A stretch of DNA of 64,000 nt from Eledone cirrhosa (lineage: Eukaryota): contig OZ024743.1 of NCBI GenBank assembly GCA_964016885.1, positions 262,074,001 to 262,138,000 of the forward strand, given 5' to 3'. Each line of letters begins with the position of its first letter. Within the stretch, counting starts at the first letter, position 1. The notes beneath the pieces are model-generated. The model saw only the letters and a list, made by a program, of their open reading frames with translations, was not told the origin of the DNA and did no database searches. The translations under genes and the position numbers were made by a program. This document shows positions 51,053-62,945 of this stretch, piece by piece.

Positions 51053-51612
51053 TGTAATACTCTCGGAAGGATCATTGTATGGATCTGTCTGATTCTAGAT
51101 CTGCAGGTTCTTTGGACACATGTAATACTCTCGGAAGGATCATTGTATGGATCTGTCTGATTCTAGATCTGCAGGTTCTTCGGACACATGTAATACTCTC
51201 GGAAGGATCATTGTATGGATCTGTCTGATTCTAGATCTGCAGGTTCTTCGGACACATGTAATACTCTAGGAAGGATCATTGTATGGATCTGTCTGATTCT
51301 AGATCTGCAGGTTCTTTGGACACATGTAATACTCTCGGAAGGATCATTGTATGGATCTGTCTGATTCTAGATCTGCAGGTTCTTTGGACACATGTAATAC
51401 TCTCGGAAGGATCATTGTATGGATCTGTCTGATTCTAGATCTGCAGGTTCTTCGGACACATGTAATACTCTCGGAAGGATCATTGTATGGATCTGTCTGA
51501 TTCTAGATCTGCAGGTTCTTCGGACACATGTAATACTCTCGGAAGGATCATTGTATGGATCTGTCTGATTCTAGATCTGCAGGTTCTTCGGACACATGTA
51601 ATACTCTCGGAA
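51001..51612. repeat. 68-bp tandem array, 9 copies
   Basis: Units start at 51001, 51069 ... 51545. Confidence 0.97.
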
Positions 51613-51716
51613 CAAATTTTCTCACTCTGTGGGAAAATTTGTCTCGAGCTATCTGCCAGCGAAACAATTGTAACACAAAACAAACTGAGTCCAGATGCAT
51701 CACTGATTTTTCGTTT

Positions 51717-51758
<42 letters not shown>

Positions 51759-51911
51759 TTATATATACTTATGTTATAAGATGTTGGCTGACCATGGTTG
51801 TGTATGCAACACTCCAATCAATAAATGATGATGCAATTAGGTACAAGTGCTCAACGTCAAGTGTCTCCTTCCAAATTCTATTTGGTAGTCCATGATGGGC
51901 TATATGAACAA

Positions 51912-52027
51912 TAATTGTTTCTACTTTAGGCACAAGGCCAGCAATTACCCAGTGCATTACTGGTACTTTATTTTATCGACCCTGTAAGGATGAAAGACAA
52001 AGTCAACCTCGGCGGGATTTGAATTCA
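51912..52027 (-). mobile_element. 5'-truncated major SINE with a perfect 19-bp TSD
   Basis: GGGCTATATGAACAATAAT at 51897-51915 and 52028-52046. Confidence 0.9.
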
Positions 52028-52754
52028 GGGCTATATGAACAATAATGATAATTGCAAAGGCCAGATGTAGTTATTCATGATTTATTTTATTTATAATTTC
52101 CTATAATACATATTTCTGTGGCATTAATAATTATGTAATGCTGCCATCGTGCAATTACCAGCATGAATTCACCAGACAGCATCTTAAGTAATAAAGTTAT
52201 GTAACATTTCTAATGCAATACAGGCTATCAATAAGGAGGCAGATGTATTTGATGTTGGTTCTTTGTGAGTCTGTCCCCTTCGAAAGTCCATCTTGACTGC
52301 TGAAGATCTTGGTGTTCTGTGTCTTTCGTTTGTCATTTTATTTTCAAAAACGTTTTAAAGGTTTCCCTTATTTTTTGGTTCTGCCTTGTTTACATTCGTT
52401 GTTTTCTATTTGTTAAATTTCCTAATTTTATTATTACTAATCTGTAATAAACATGTTTTTTCTTCTCTCTCAATTAACTTCAGTGTATTACATTTTTTAA
52501 CATGATATTTTACTTTCTTCTTCTTGCCTTTTTTACTTTCCTTTTCTTTCTTTACCTCCTTTTTTATCAGTCTTATGAGACTATCATTGCTATAAAAGGC
52601 ACACACACATATGTATATATATATAAATATGTATCATCATCATCATTTTACGTCCGCTTTTCCCTGCTTGCAAGGGTATATATATATGTATGTGTATATA
52701 TATATATATGTATGTGTATATATATATATATATATTTGTATATGTATGTATGTG

Positions 52755-53293
52755 TCATCATCATCATCATCATCATCGTTTAACGTCCATTTTCCACGCT
52801 AGCATAGGTCTGGATGGGAATTGTCCCACTTGAGGCAAGATTGGTTGTCTTGCTCAGGACTGTCTGGCGGGTTTTCTACGGCTGGATGCCCTTCCTAACA
52901 CCAACCACGTTTACAGTGTGGACTGGGAGGTTTTTACCGTGTTACCTACACGGCCACATTACAGCGTGGACTGTGTGTTTTATTGTCGTGACACCTACAC
53001 GTCTGGCGGGTTTTCTACGGCTGGGTGCCCTTCCCAACACCAACCACGTTTACAGTGTGTACTGGGAGGTTTTTACCGTGTTACCTGCACGGCCACATTA
53101 CAGCGTGGACTGTGTATTTTTTTTGTCGTGACAACTACACGACCTCATTTGTTTCGGACTGGATGTTGTGGTACCAACATAACTTCACATTTAAGGGGGT
53201 GGTGTGGATGGGGTGGGGGTAGTGGGGCGGGGGTGTATTTTGTTAGAGGTGCCTACTGACTGTAGGTTTCGCTTTGTACTTAGGCAAGGCGGG
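52755..53293 (-). mobile_element. RTE 3'-UTR copy with an internal duplication of about 140 bp
   Basis: Homologous to 9637-10045; the GTCTGGCGGGTTTTCTACGG block is repeated at 52862 and 53001. Confidence 0.8.
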
Positions 53294-53314
53294 ATATTTG
53301 TTTATGTATGTATG

Positions 53315-53351
<37 letters not shown>

Positions 53352-53367
53352 ATATGTATGTATGTAA

Positions 53368-53405
<38 letters not shown>

Positions 53406-53458
53406 GTATATATATATATTTGTATATGTATATATGTATGTGTATATATATATATTTG

Positions 53459-53500
<42 letters not shown>

Positions 53501-53838
53501 GCTCTTTATTTATGCACTATTTCTCCTCTTAAAGATAAAGCAATGTTCTGTTTGTTCTGATGAAAATATTATGTTCAGTGTGTTAACAATATTTTTGATT
53601 CTTCAACTGTTAAAAATTGCATTTAAATATCCATTTTGGGAAAATGCTTCATTTGTCTAAAGTGTAAAATTATGTAAAATTAAATGAAAATATTGAGTAT
53701 TATAAATCGTATTCCTGGTTTTTCCATTAGCTTCATCTATGGCCTACTTAATGTACTCACATGTCACTGGCGCCATTTTGGTCTGTTAAAAGTATGCTAT
53801 TATATATTACATTTGTAAGCACATAAATGTGTATACAC

Positions 53839-53869
<31 letters not shown>

Positions 53870-53925
53870 TGTATGTATACGCACATATATATGTATACAT
53901 ACATATATACATATATACATATATA

Positions 53926-54292
53926 TGCTTCATTGGATGTGCAATGTCAATGTGCGTGAACGACCCAGCATGGATGTGTTGAGAGAGAAACTGTGTCTGA
54001 GAGGGATAGAATGTAGTGTGCGAGAGAGGAGACTGCGATGGTATGGACATGTGATGCGCATGGAGGATGACCGATGGGTGAAGAAGTGCCAGGAAATGCC
54101 AGTTGAAGGAAGATGTTGTAGAGGTAGACCACGAAAAACATGGGCGGAGGTGGTGAGAACAGACCTCAGATCGCTGAAGCTCACGGTGGAGATGACGAAG
54201 GACCATGACAAGTGGAGAGATGCTGTGCTGAATAAGACCCGTGCCACCCTTGCAAGCAGGGAAAAGCGGACGTAAAATGATGATGATGATGA
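53926..54292 (+). mobile_element. RTE LINE 3' fragment, well preserved
   Basis: WMCNVNVRERPS...RRLRWYGHVMRM...GRPRKTWAEVVRTDL followed by a (GAT)n tail. Confidence 0.9.
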
Positions 54293-54357
54293 TATATATA
54301 TGTATGTATGTATGTAATTATACACATCCTATACATATGTATATATATGTGTACATT

Positions 54358-55740
54358 ATCATCATCAGTTTTTACATCTGCTTCTCTATGCCTGAATGTG
54401 TTGGACAACTCCTCTGCAGCACATCATGCCACACCCTGTTGCATTCCTTCCTCATCTCCTCTGTGAAGTTCAGCATCTTGAGATCACCTCTAACCACATC
54501 TGTCCAGGTCTTCCTCAGTCTTACTCTTCTACACCATCCTGAGATCACCTCTAACCACTTCTGTCCAGATCTTCCTCAGTCTTACTCTTCTACACCATCA
54601 TGAGATCAGCTCTAACCACTTCTGTCCTGTTCTTCCTCAGTCTTACTCTTATACACCATCCTGAGATCACCTCTAACCACTTCTGTCCTGTTCTTCCTCA
54701 GTCTTACTCTTCTACACCATCCTGAGCTCACCTCTAACTACTTCTGTCCAGATCTTCCTCAGTCTTACTCTTCTACACCATCCTGAGATCACCTCTAACC
54801 ACTTCTGTCCTGTTCTTCCTCAGTCTTACTCTTCTACACCATCCTGAGATCACCTCTAACTACTTCTGTCCAGATCTTCCTCAGTCTTACTCTAATACAC
54901 CATCCTGAGATCACCTCTAACCACATCTGTCCAGGTCTTCCTCAGTCTTACTCTTCTACACCATCCTGAGATCACCTCTAACCACATCTGTCCAGGTCTT
55001 CCTCAGTCTTACTCTTCTACACCATCCTGAGATCACCTCTAACCACATCTGTCCAGGTCTTCTTCAGTCTTACTCTTCTACACCATCCTAAGATCACCTC
55101 TAACCACATCTGTCCAGGTCTTCCTCAGTCTTACTCTTCTACACCATCCTGAGATCACCTCTAACCACATCTGTCCAGGTCTTCTTCACTCTTACTCTTC
55201 TACACCATCCTGAGATCACCTCTAACCACATCTGTCCAGGTCTTCCTCAGTCTTACTCTTCTACACCATCCTGAGATCACCTCTAACCACATCTGTCCAG
55301 GTCTTCTTTAGTGTCCTCTTTGTATATCTTTTATGGTCAATGCCCATGTCTTACTACCATGCAGCTTTGCATTTCATAAGCAAGCATCATAGATTCTACC
55401 ATTTGTTCAGAAAGAGAATCATTTATTAACAGCAGTGGTAGTAGATCTTTACATTTTTCGACCCATTCCTTATTTTGGTTACTATACTTTCAGAGTACTG
55501 ATTATGTCACCTAGGTAACAGATTCTCAGCTACTTCTATTTAGCCTTTCTTGAATTAGAAACAGTTTATTTCACTGGTGTTATTCACAACCCTTGTGGTA
55601 TCTGCCAAAGTCTCTTTTGTCTCTTAGCCTGCTTTTGATCACATGGCACTTTGTACAACCACTGTCTACACTGGGTAAACTGCTCCTTTTTCACAAATTC
55701 TGTATGGCCATTTCTCAGATGGTAGCATGATCTTTTATTT
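54358..55740 (-). mobile_element. Degraded RTE LINE containing the 61-bp array
   Basis: 3' end at 54358-54530; upstream remnants EVAEN..YLGD-like and QFTQCRQWLYK. Confidence 0.6.
54478..55308. repeat. 61-bp minisatellite, about 13.6 copies, derived from RTE ORF sequence
   Basis: Unit CTGAGATCACCTCTAACCACATCTGTCCAGGTCTTCCTCAGTCTTACTCTTCTACACCATC; minus strand reads RLRKTWTDVVRGDL. Confidence 0.95.
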
Positions 55741-56800
55741 ATTTTTCTCCTTTTTAAGAATTTAGTTTTTGCTACAATTTTGTATACATTAACATACAAT
55801 TATAATCAAGACATCATTGTGTGTGTATTAAAGAAAGTCATCATGTAGTTATATAAATAGAAATTGTATATGTATGTGTGCGTGTATGTATATATATATT
55901 ATTCAGTTTGTTTTCAAGTAAACAGCCTCATAAAACACCATGTGGTAGATGACAATGTCACCCTTTTGTTCCAGTGGTAGCTGAAAGAAAACATTTAAGT
56001 GTATATATATATATGTATATAAATATATAGTTCCCCTCCAAGGTACAAGCCCGGGCAAAGTGTTTATACACACACACAAACACACACTCAAACACACACA
56101 CACACACACATTTATACACATATATATACACGCATACACAAAGATACATATCATCATTATCATCTGGTTTAACATCTTCTTTACTTGTCACAAGCATTAG
56201 ATATTTTGGTAGCTTTTTTCAAAGTCTGTCTTCAAAGTGTTCATTCCAGAGATAGGTTTGGTCCAAGTTTCAGGCTTTCAGATCATCCCTGATTATCTCT
56301 TGCCATGTCCTATATGGGTGCCCCCTTCCCCGTCTACCAGGGGTCACAATCTTGATACATTCATCTATCTATTTACCCTACTGTTCACATGTTCAAACCA
56401 ACCAGTCTGTGATCTTAAAGCAGAGTCAACTTTTGGTAGAGAGATGCCATGCTGACGCTATCTGAGATTTTGACACCACATATCCTACAAAGATACAAGC
56501 ATGCATACACACACATACATACATACATACACACACATACATACATGCATACATACATACATGCATACATACATACATACATACATACATACAAACTATT
56601 TTTTTCTATTTTGATCCCCAAAGACAACTTAGTTTTGTATTGAATGCCAAAGAACAACTAATAAATACAGACAAATAATTTAAATATTCTATCACTTTTA
56701 TTCATTTATTTATTTATCTATCTATCTAGTTAGTTTGTTAGATTTTATTACATCACACACACACATGTACATGTGTTTGTGTGTGTATGCATGTATAATT

Positions 56801-56848
<48 letters not shown>

Positions 56849-57410
56849 TATATATATATATACACATACACACACACACACATATATATATATATACATA
56901 TATATATCATCACCATCATCATCATTTAACATATATATATATATATATATGTATCTACATACATATATGTATGTATGTATTAAAACACTCATATTAAAAT
57001 ATTTATTCTCTTGTAGTCTTTTCCTCTATCTGACCCCCATCACCTGCAGCCTCTCTGTTTTTCTCTCTGAGCAATTGGCCATCAAATGCTATTAGCTTTT
57101 ATCTGGTCTGGTTCTACTGCACACAATGCATAAAGTATGCCAATGCGCAAAAAAGCAGCAACAAAATATGCAACAACTACTAAATACTAAAAGAAATGAA
57201 CAAAACGACAACAAAATAAACAAAACATTGGGAAAAAAATGTGTATTCAAAGATGGAAGTAGCTAAAATATAACAACTATAACATTTTTATTGTTATAAC
57301 AACTATATTATCAACATCAAAATGCACAGACAAGCATTTCACAGGATGTGGAAAAAAATGTCTGTATGTATATATATATAAATATATATATATATATGTA
57401 TGTATATATG

Positions 57411-57449
<39 letters not shown>

Positions 57450-57556
57450 GTGTGTGTATATATATATACACATATATAAACATACACATATATATATATA
57501 TATATGTATAAATATATATATATATATGTATAAATATATATATATATATATATATG

Positions 57557-57612
<56 letters not shown>

Positions 57613-57726
57613 CCCTAACAAAGAAATAACAACAACAATAATAACAACAATGATGAAACCCTTCAAAATACTTGATTATTGCATTTTACTCTATTTATCA
57701 GAATGTAATTGGTTTGAAACAAACTG

Positions 57727-58300
57727 TCACACTCCAGCTCACCACCACCCTTCTATCTCACCCTACCTCACCACCACCACCCTTCTATCTCACCCTACCT
57801 CACCACCACCCTTCTATCACACTCCAGCTCACCACCACCCTTCTATCTCACCCTACCTCACCACCACCCTTCTAGCTCACTCCAGCTCACCACCACCCTT
57901 CTATCTCACCCTACCTCACCACCACCCTTCTATCTCACCCTACCTCACCACCACCACCCTTCTATCTCACCCTACCTCACCACCACCACCCTTCTAGCAC
58001 ACTCCACCTCACCACCACCCTTCTATCTCACCCTACCTCACCACCACCCTTCTAGCACACTCCACCTCACCACCACCCTTCTATCTCACCCTACCTCACC
58101 ACCCTTCTATCTCACTCCACATCACCACCACCCTTCTATCTCACCCTACCTCACCACCACCACCCTTCTAGCTCACTCCACCTCACCACCACCCTTCTAC
58201 CTCACCACCACCACCCTTCTAGCTCACTCCACCTCACCACCACCCTTCTATCTCACTCCACATCACCACCACCCTTCTATCTCACTCCACCTCATCTCCA
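57727..58300. repeat. C-rich minisatellite of about 28-31 bp
   Basis: CACCACCCTTCTATCTCACCCTACCTCAC variants, about 20 copies. Confidence 0.9.
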
Positions 58301-58515
58301 CCCTAACTGTCTCTGGTTTTATATCAGAATTGTGTTCTTCCTGTGTGTTGTTCTTGTTATTGCCATTATTGTTTAACCCCAGGTCAGTCCCAATCGATCA
58401 GTTCAATATGATCATCCTATGTTTTCCTTTTGTGTAGGGAACCAACTCCTAACCACATTATTCAACTGGTGTTTTTCCCTTCAAAATTAACATAGTGTGG
58501 CTGAATTCTTTAGAG

Positions 58516-58875
58516 CAGAGGTTCTCAAAGTGGGTGCTACTGCCCCCCAGGAGGCATTGAGAAGGTCCAGAGAGCTCTGGGGCCTAAGTGGGCGATAGGG
58601 TGGTGGGTAAAGATGATCTAATGGTATATTAAATATCAAATTATACACATATATATATAAATATAGTAAAATAAAAAATGTGTAATATGTATTTATACAT
58701 AGTGTATTATATTATTTATATATAAATTAACAATTTTATTTATTATATATCATTTACAATTTGTGTATAGGCAGATCTCTCTGGAAATAGGGGTGGGAGC
58801 GCTCAGGGTATTATATGGTTGTGAGGGGGGGGGGGGGGGGGGGGGGCAACGACGACAATATTTTGAGAACCTCTG
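58516..58875. mobile_element. hAT MITE
   Basis: Perfect 14-bp TIR CAGAGGTTCTCAAA; TSD (C/T)TTTAGAG at 58508-58515 and 58876-58883. Confidence 0.9.
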
Positions 58876-60200
58876 TTTTAGAGGTTTCACTTCACAATCA
58901 TTAGCTCCCAGGTTCAATCCCACTCATGGTATCTTGAGCAAGTGTAATTTACCAAAGCCTCGGGTCATTTACCAACCCATGCCTTGTGAGTGATATTGGG
59001 TAGACGAAAACTGTTTGGAAGCCCCATCAGATGGACTGTGCTTATAATTTAAAGGACCTGTCTTGTCACACTCTGTGCCACACTGAATCTCCCTGAGAAT
59101 TACATTAAAGGTACATGTACCTATGGATTGCTCAACCACTTACTTACCAATTCTATGAGGAGACTATTCCATTGATTGATCAACTGGAACACTTATTGTT
59201 GAAACCAACAAAAGACCATCATTTAAAAGTTTTTTTTTTAAGATGATAGAATGTAATATCAGGGAATTTGGTGGCTATTTCTAGCAGGTCGAGACACTGC
59301 ATAGAGTCTCTCTTGTTGACTTAAGGCTCCCTTGTTTATATATGGTGTGTGTAACTGATTGCTAGAACAGTTTTGATTTTATCCTATTTTTGAAGCAGTA
59401 TTGGTAAAAGTTTTTGATGTTATCTCCTTTTTATGTGTGGGAGGTGAGGAGCATGGGAGGAGAGGGTTGCTAAACATTTAATCTCCACCCTCTCTTTTAA
59501 AAAAGTATTGAGAAAATCATTTCTGTTCCACTCCTTTTTCATATTCTCTCTCCCTTGCTCACTCACTCTCCTTCTCTCTCTTGCTCATTCATTCACTCTC
59601 CCTTTTTCCATACTAATTCACTCCCTCTCCCTTTCTCCATCACTCACTCACCTATTCTCTCTCACTCCCTTGCTCACTCACTCTCCTCCCTCGCACACTC
59701 ACTCTCCCTCACTCAGTCACTTTCCCTCACATACTCTCCTTTGTTCACTTACTCCCTCTCCCTTTCTCCCTCGCTCACTCACTCATTCTCCTTCTTTTCC
59801 TCACTCACACCCTTTCCCCTCATTCACTGTCTCTCACTCCCTCTCCCTCTCTCCCTCATTCAAACACTTTCCCCCTCCCTCTCTCCCTCATTCATTCACT
59901 CTCCCACATCAAAACAAATTTTGGTTACATCACAAGATGCTGGTTAAAGCAATCCATTTTCACTTTCTCTCTCCCAACAAACCCAATATAAACTTTTTTA
60001 TCAAGTTTCAATAATGGTTGAGGTTCCATTACCATATCTATAATAAAAGATACTGCCCCTATCTAACCCTTTCATTACCATATTTCAAACAAAAGACATT
60101 GCTTTTGATTTTCAAATCATTTTGGAAATAGAGAATTTGGAGGGATTTAGTATATGATTAATTTTTGTTTTATTAAGTTGGTGTCTGGAACATAACTTAA

Positions 60201-60816
60201 CCCTTTAGCATTTACATTTCTCTATATTTACTATTGTATTTTTACAGAAAAGGCTTTATATGACATAATTATCTTACATTATATCAAATCTATAAGGGCG
60301 GTGGATTGCCAGTATCGGTAGAGGGTCGGACGCCAGGCTTTCCAGCATAGTTACGTCCCTTTACGATTTGAGTTCAAATCCTGCCGAGGTTGACTTTGCC
60401 TTTCATCCTTATGGGGTCGATAAAATAAAGTACCAGTAATGAACTGGGTAATTGCTGGCCTTGTGCCTAAAGTAGAAACAATTATAAAGGCGGTGGATTG
60501 GCAGTATCGGTAGAGGGTCGGACGCCATGCTTTCCAGCATAGTTACGTCCCTTTACGATCTGAGTTCAAATCCCGCCGAGGTTGACTTTGCCTTTCATCC
60601 TTATGGGGTCGATAAAATAAAGTACCAGTAATACACTGGGTAAATGCTGGCCTTGTGCCAAACGTAGAAACAATTATATCAAATTTATGAGATTTTGATA
60701 TTATTTATTTTGAGAACAATACCTTAACATAAGTATGAGTAGCCAGTTATGACCAGTTTGAACAGAAAGAGGTGAGAGAATTCTGGCTGGTTATGGCCAG
60801 TTTAAATGCTAAAAGG
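60201..60816. mobile_element. piggyBac-like MITE carrying a SINE dimer, nested in an older MITE (about 60064-60935)
   Basis: TTAA-CCCTTTAGCATTTA ... TAAATGCTAAAAGG-TTAA. Confidence 0.8.
60296..60676 (+). mobile_element. Head-to-tail dimer of the major SINE
   Basis: Two full copies at 60296-60484 and 60488-60676; one outer 19-bp TSD at 60278-60296 and 60673-60691. Confidence 0.9.
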
Positions 60817-61290
60817 TTAACATAGATTCATATGAAATTATGAAATTTCTAGACAATTTAAAGTAAACAGCTTTGTATTATAGAACCAGGGAGAGTGCAT
60901 GCTGTTTGGTAGTTTCGTTTCAAAAGAGTCAACTATTGAACCAAATATCAATTTGTGTTATATACTTAATCTGTCACAGATTTAACACCATTGCCTTTAG
61001 CAGAGTTCACTCTTTTATCAGCATTTGTACTTCACACCAGTTTTGAAGATGCTGAAAAGGGTCACAGGCATTGCCCTTTCCTTTCTGACTGAGCCATTAA
61101 AGAAAGATTTATAATAATAATAGATGCAAGCATATCTGTGTGTTTAAGAAGTTTGCTTTGCAACTCTGTAGTTTCAGGTTCAACCCTACTGCATGGCACA
61201 GTGCATCTTCTACAACAGCCTTGGGCTCATGAATACCTTGTGAGTAGAATTTGGTTGGTAGAAACTGTGAAGAAGCCCATTGTCCATGTA

Positions 61291-61461
61291 TATATATGTT
61301 ATTCCGGGTTGAATTGAGGTAACCACAGTAAGTAAAGTACTTAATTCATTGCAGAGTATAACAGTTTTAATATAGAAGAGCTTCTACAGGACTAGAACTG
61401 TTTCATTCCTGATGATTTCTCACGAATGAAACAGTTCTAGTTCTGTAGAAGCTCTTCTATA
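61291..61461. mobile_element. Hammerhead-bearing hairpin element between TA tracts
   Basis: 38-bp arms at 61371-61408 and 61424-61461; the terminal GTTATTCCGGGTTGAAT also occurs inverted at about 32280-32306. Confidence 0.75.
61406..61450 (+). ncRNA. Type I hammerhead ribozyme motif with canonical core
   Basis: UUC-CUGAUGA-uUUC(ucac)GAAu-GAA-ACAG(uucuaguu)CUGU-A-GAA. Confidence 0.7.
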
Positions 61462-61486
61462 CATATATATATATATATATATATAT

Positions 61487-61652
61487 AGGACCCCGGCGAC
61501 TGAGCTCTGGCCATTTTGTCAGCTAGATCTGAACTGTTCAGAACTCAGCCGTCAGGGTCCTGAATCTTTTCATATAACCCACTCTATTACGCCAAGTATC
61601 GAGTACTCTGGTGGGTTATGGTCCACTTGGTTTTTTACTACACCCTATCTGA
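61487..61652 (+). mobile_element. Short fold-back tail fragment between (TA)n tracts
   Basis: 23-bp inverted arms AGGACCCYGRCGRCTGAGYTCTG; tail homologous to about 15370-15430. Confidence 0.6.
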
Positions 61653-61653
61653 T

Positions 61654-61712
<59 letters not shown>

Positions 61713-61788
61713 TTTTTTTCTCATTTTTTTCTGTTCCTTCCTCATCTCACTCTTTATCTTTCTATTTTATCTTTTACTTCTATTTCTA

Positions 61789-61824
61789 TCTTCTGATGAA
61801 AGACTAGTGTCCGAAACGTTAAGA
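61789..61824 (+). ncRNA. Minimal type I hammerhead ribozyme motif with an extra A after A9
   Basis: UCUU-CUGAUGA-A-aGAC(uagu)GUCc-GAA-ACGU-U-AAGA, followed by a conserved tail of about 90 nt. Confidence 0.75.
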
Positions 61825-62601
61825 CTCTTTTCCTGCTATTTTAAGTGTTAAACTAATATATTTCTTCAATGTACTGTGTCGTTTGCTTTGTTATTTGTTT
61901 ACATTTTACATATATTTATGTGTGTGTGTGTCCATGTTTGTGTTTATGTATTTCTGGTGTTTGACATAATGCCAGCAATTACCAAAAATTGTATTGTGTC
62001 AAAATGATGATCTAGCCAATCAATGAAATATAGATCAATAGAGTAATTGGCAAACTGAAATAAGTATTGGGGTCACTACAATCAACTAAAAACCCTTGAT
62101 GTTGGAGACCCAGCATGGTTGCAGTCTAGTAATGGAACCAGTAAAAGAGCCAAAGAATTAGTAGGATGCCACAGCAGTAGCTTTATTGAATGGTTGAAAG
62201 GAAAGCAAATTGCATTATATATGAGTTAGTGTGTTGATGTGGTTAGGATGTTCATTTTATAATGAGTGAAATCTGGTAGATTGAAACTGTGTAGATGCCT
62301 GTCATGTGTGTATGTGTGTGTGTGCACATTGATGAAAGATATGCACATCAGTGGGTAAACCAATTAACAGTGGTGAATTGAGCATCTGGATGGAATGCTT
62401 TGCAGCATATATTCCAGTTCTATGCATTCTGAGTTCAAATCTTGCTGATTTCAACTTTGCCTTTCATTCTTCCAGGATTGTTAAATAAAGAATCAGTCTA
62501 GTGACAGGGACCAGTACAGCTTTTAGGTTACTGATACATACACCAATTATCATTGCACAATACTCTTCACCTTTGTTAGTGTGAAATGAAATTAAATTGG
62601 T

Positions 62602-62758
62602 CAGTGTATCAGAACCAAACTGATGAGAATTCCTGGGTTCCTTAGACTTCTCTAGGTATTTATTCAACAAGGTGGGACAGTGTATCAGAACCAAACTGAT
62701 GAGAATTCCTGGGTTCCTTAGACTTCTCTAGGTATTTATTCAACAAGGTGGGACAGTG
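62602..62758. repeat. Perfect 76-bp tandem duplication
   Basis: CAGTGTATCAGAACCAAACTG starts at 62602 and 62678. Confidence 0.95.
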
Positions 62759-62904
62759 AAGGCTTTCTTTTTATTTATACTATTATGTTTATTGTTGTTG
62801 TTGTTATTGTTTCTATGCGTGTTATTGCTATTGTTCTTTGTGTTATTGTTGTTGTGATAACTTGGTAGTGGCGGTGATGTTGGTTTTGTTACTGTGGTAG
62901 TAGC

Positions 62905-62945
<41 letters not shown>

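Larger units (their letters stand above)
50825..51726 (-). mobile_element. Hammerhead-bearing fold-back element with 87-bp inverted arms around a 68-bp tandem array
   Basis: Arms at 50914-51000 and 51640-51726; (TA)n on both sides. Confidence 0.8.

Noticed and set aside
61487-61562. CTGACG(A/G)-like core in the 23-bp arms
   Set aside because: There is no GAAA or stem III, and it is antisense to the tail orientation.
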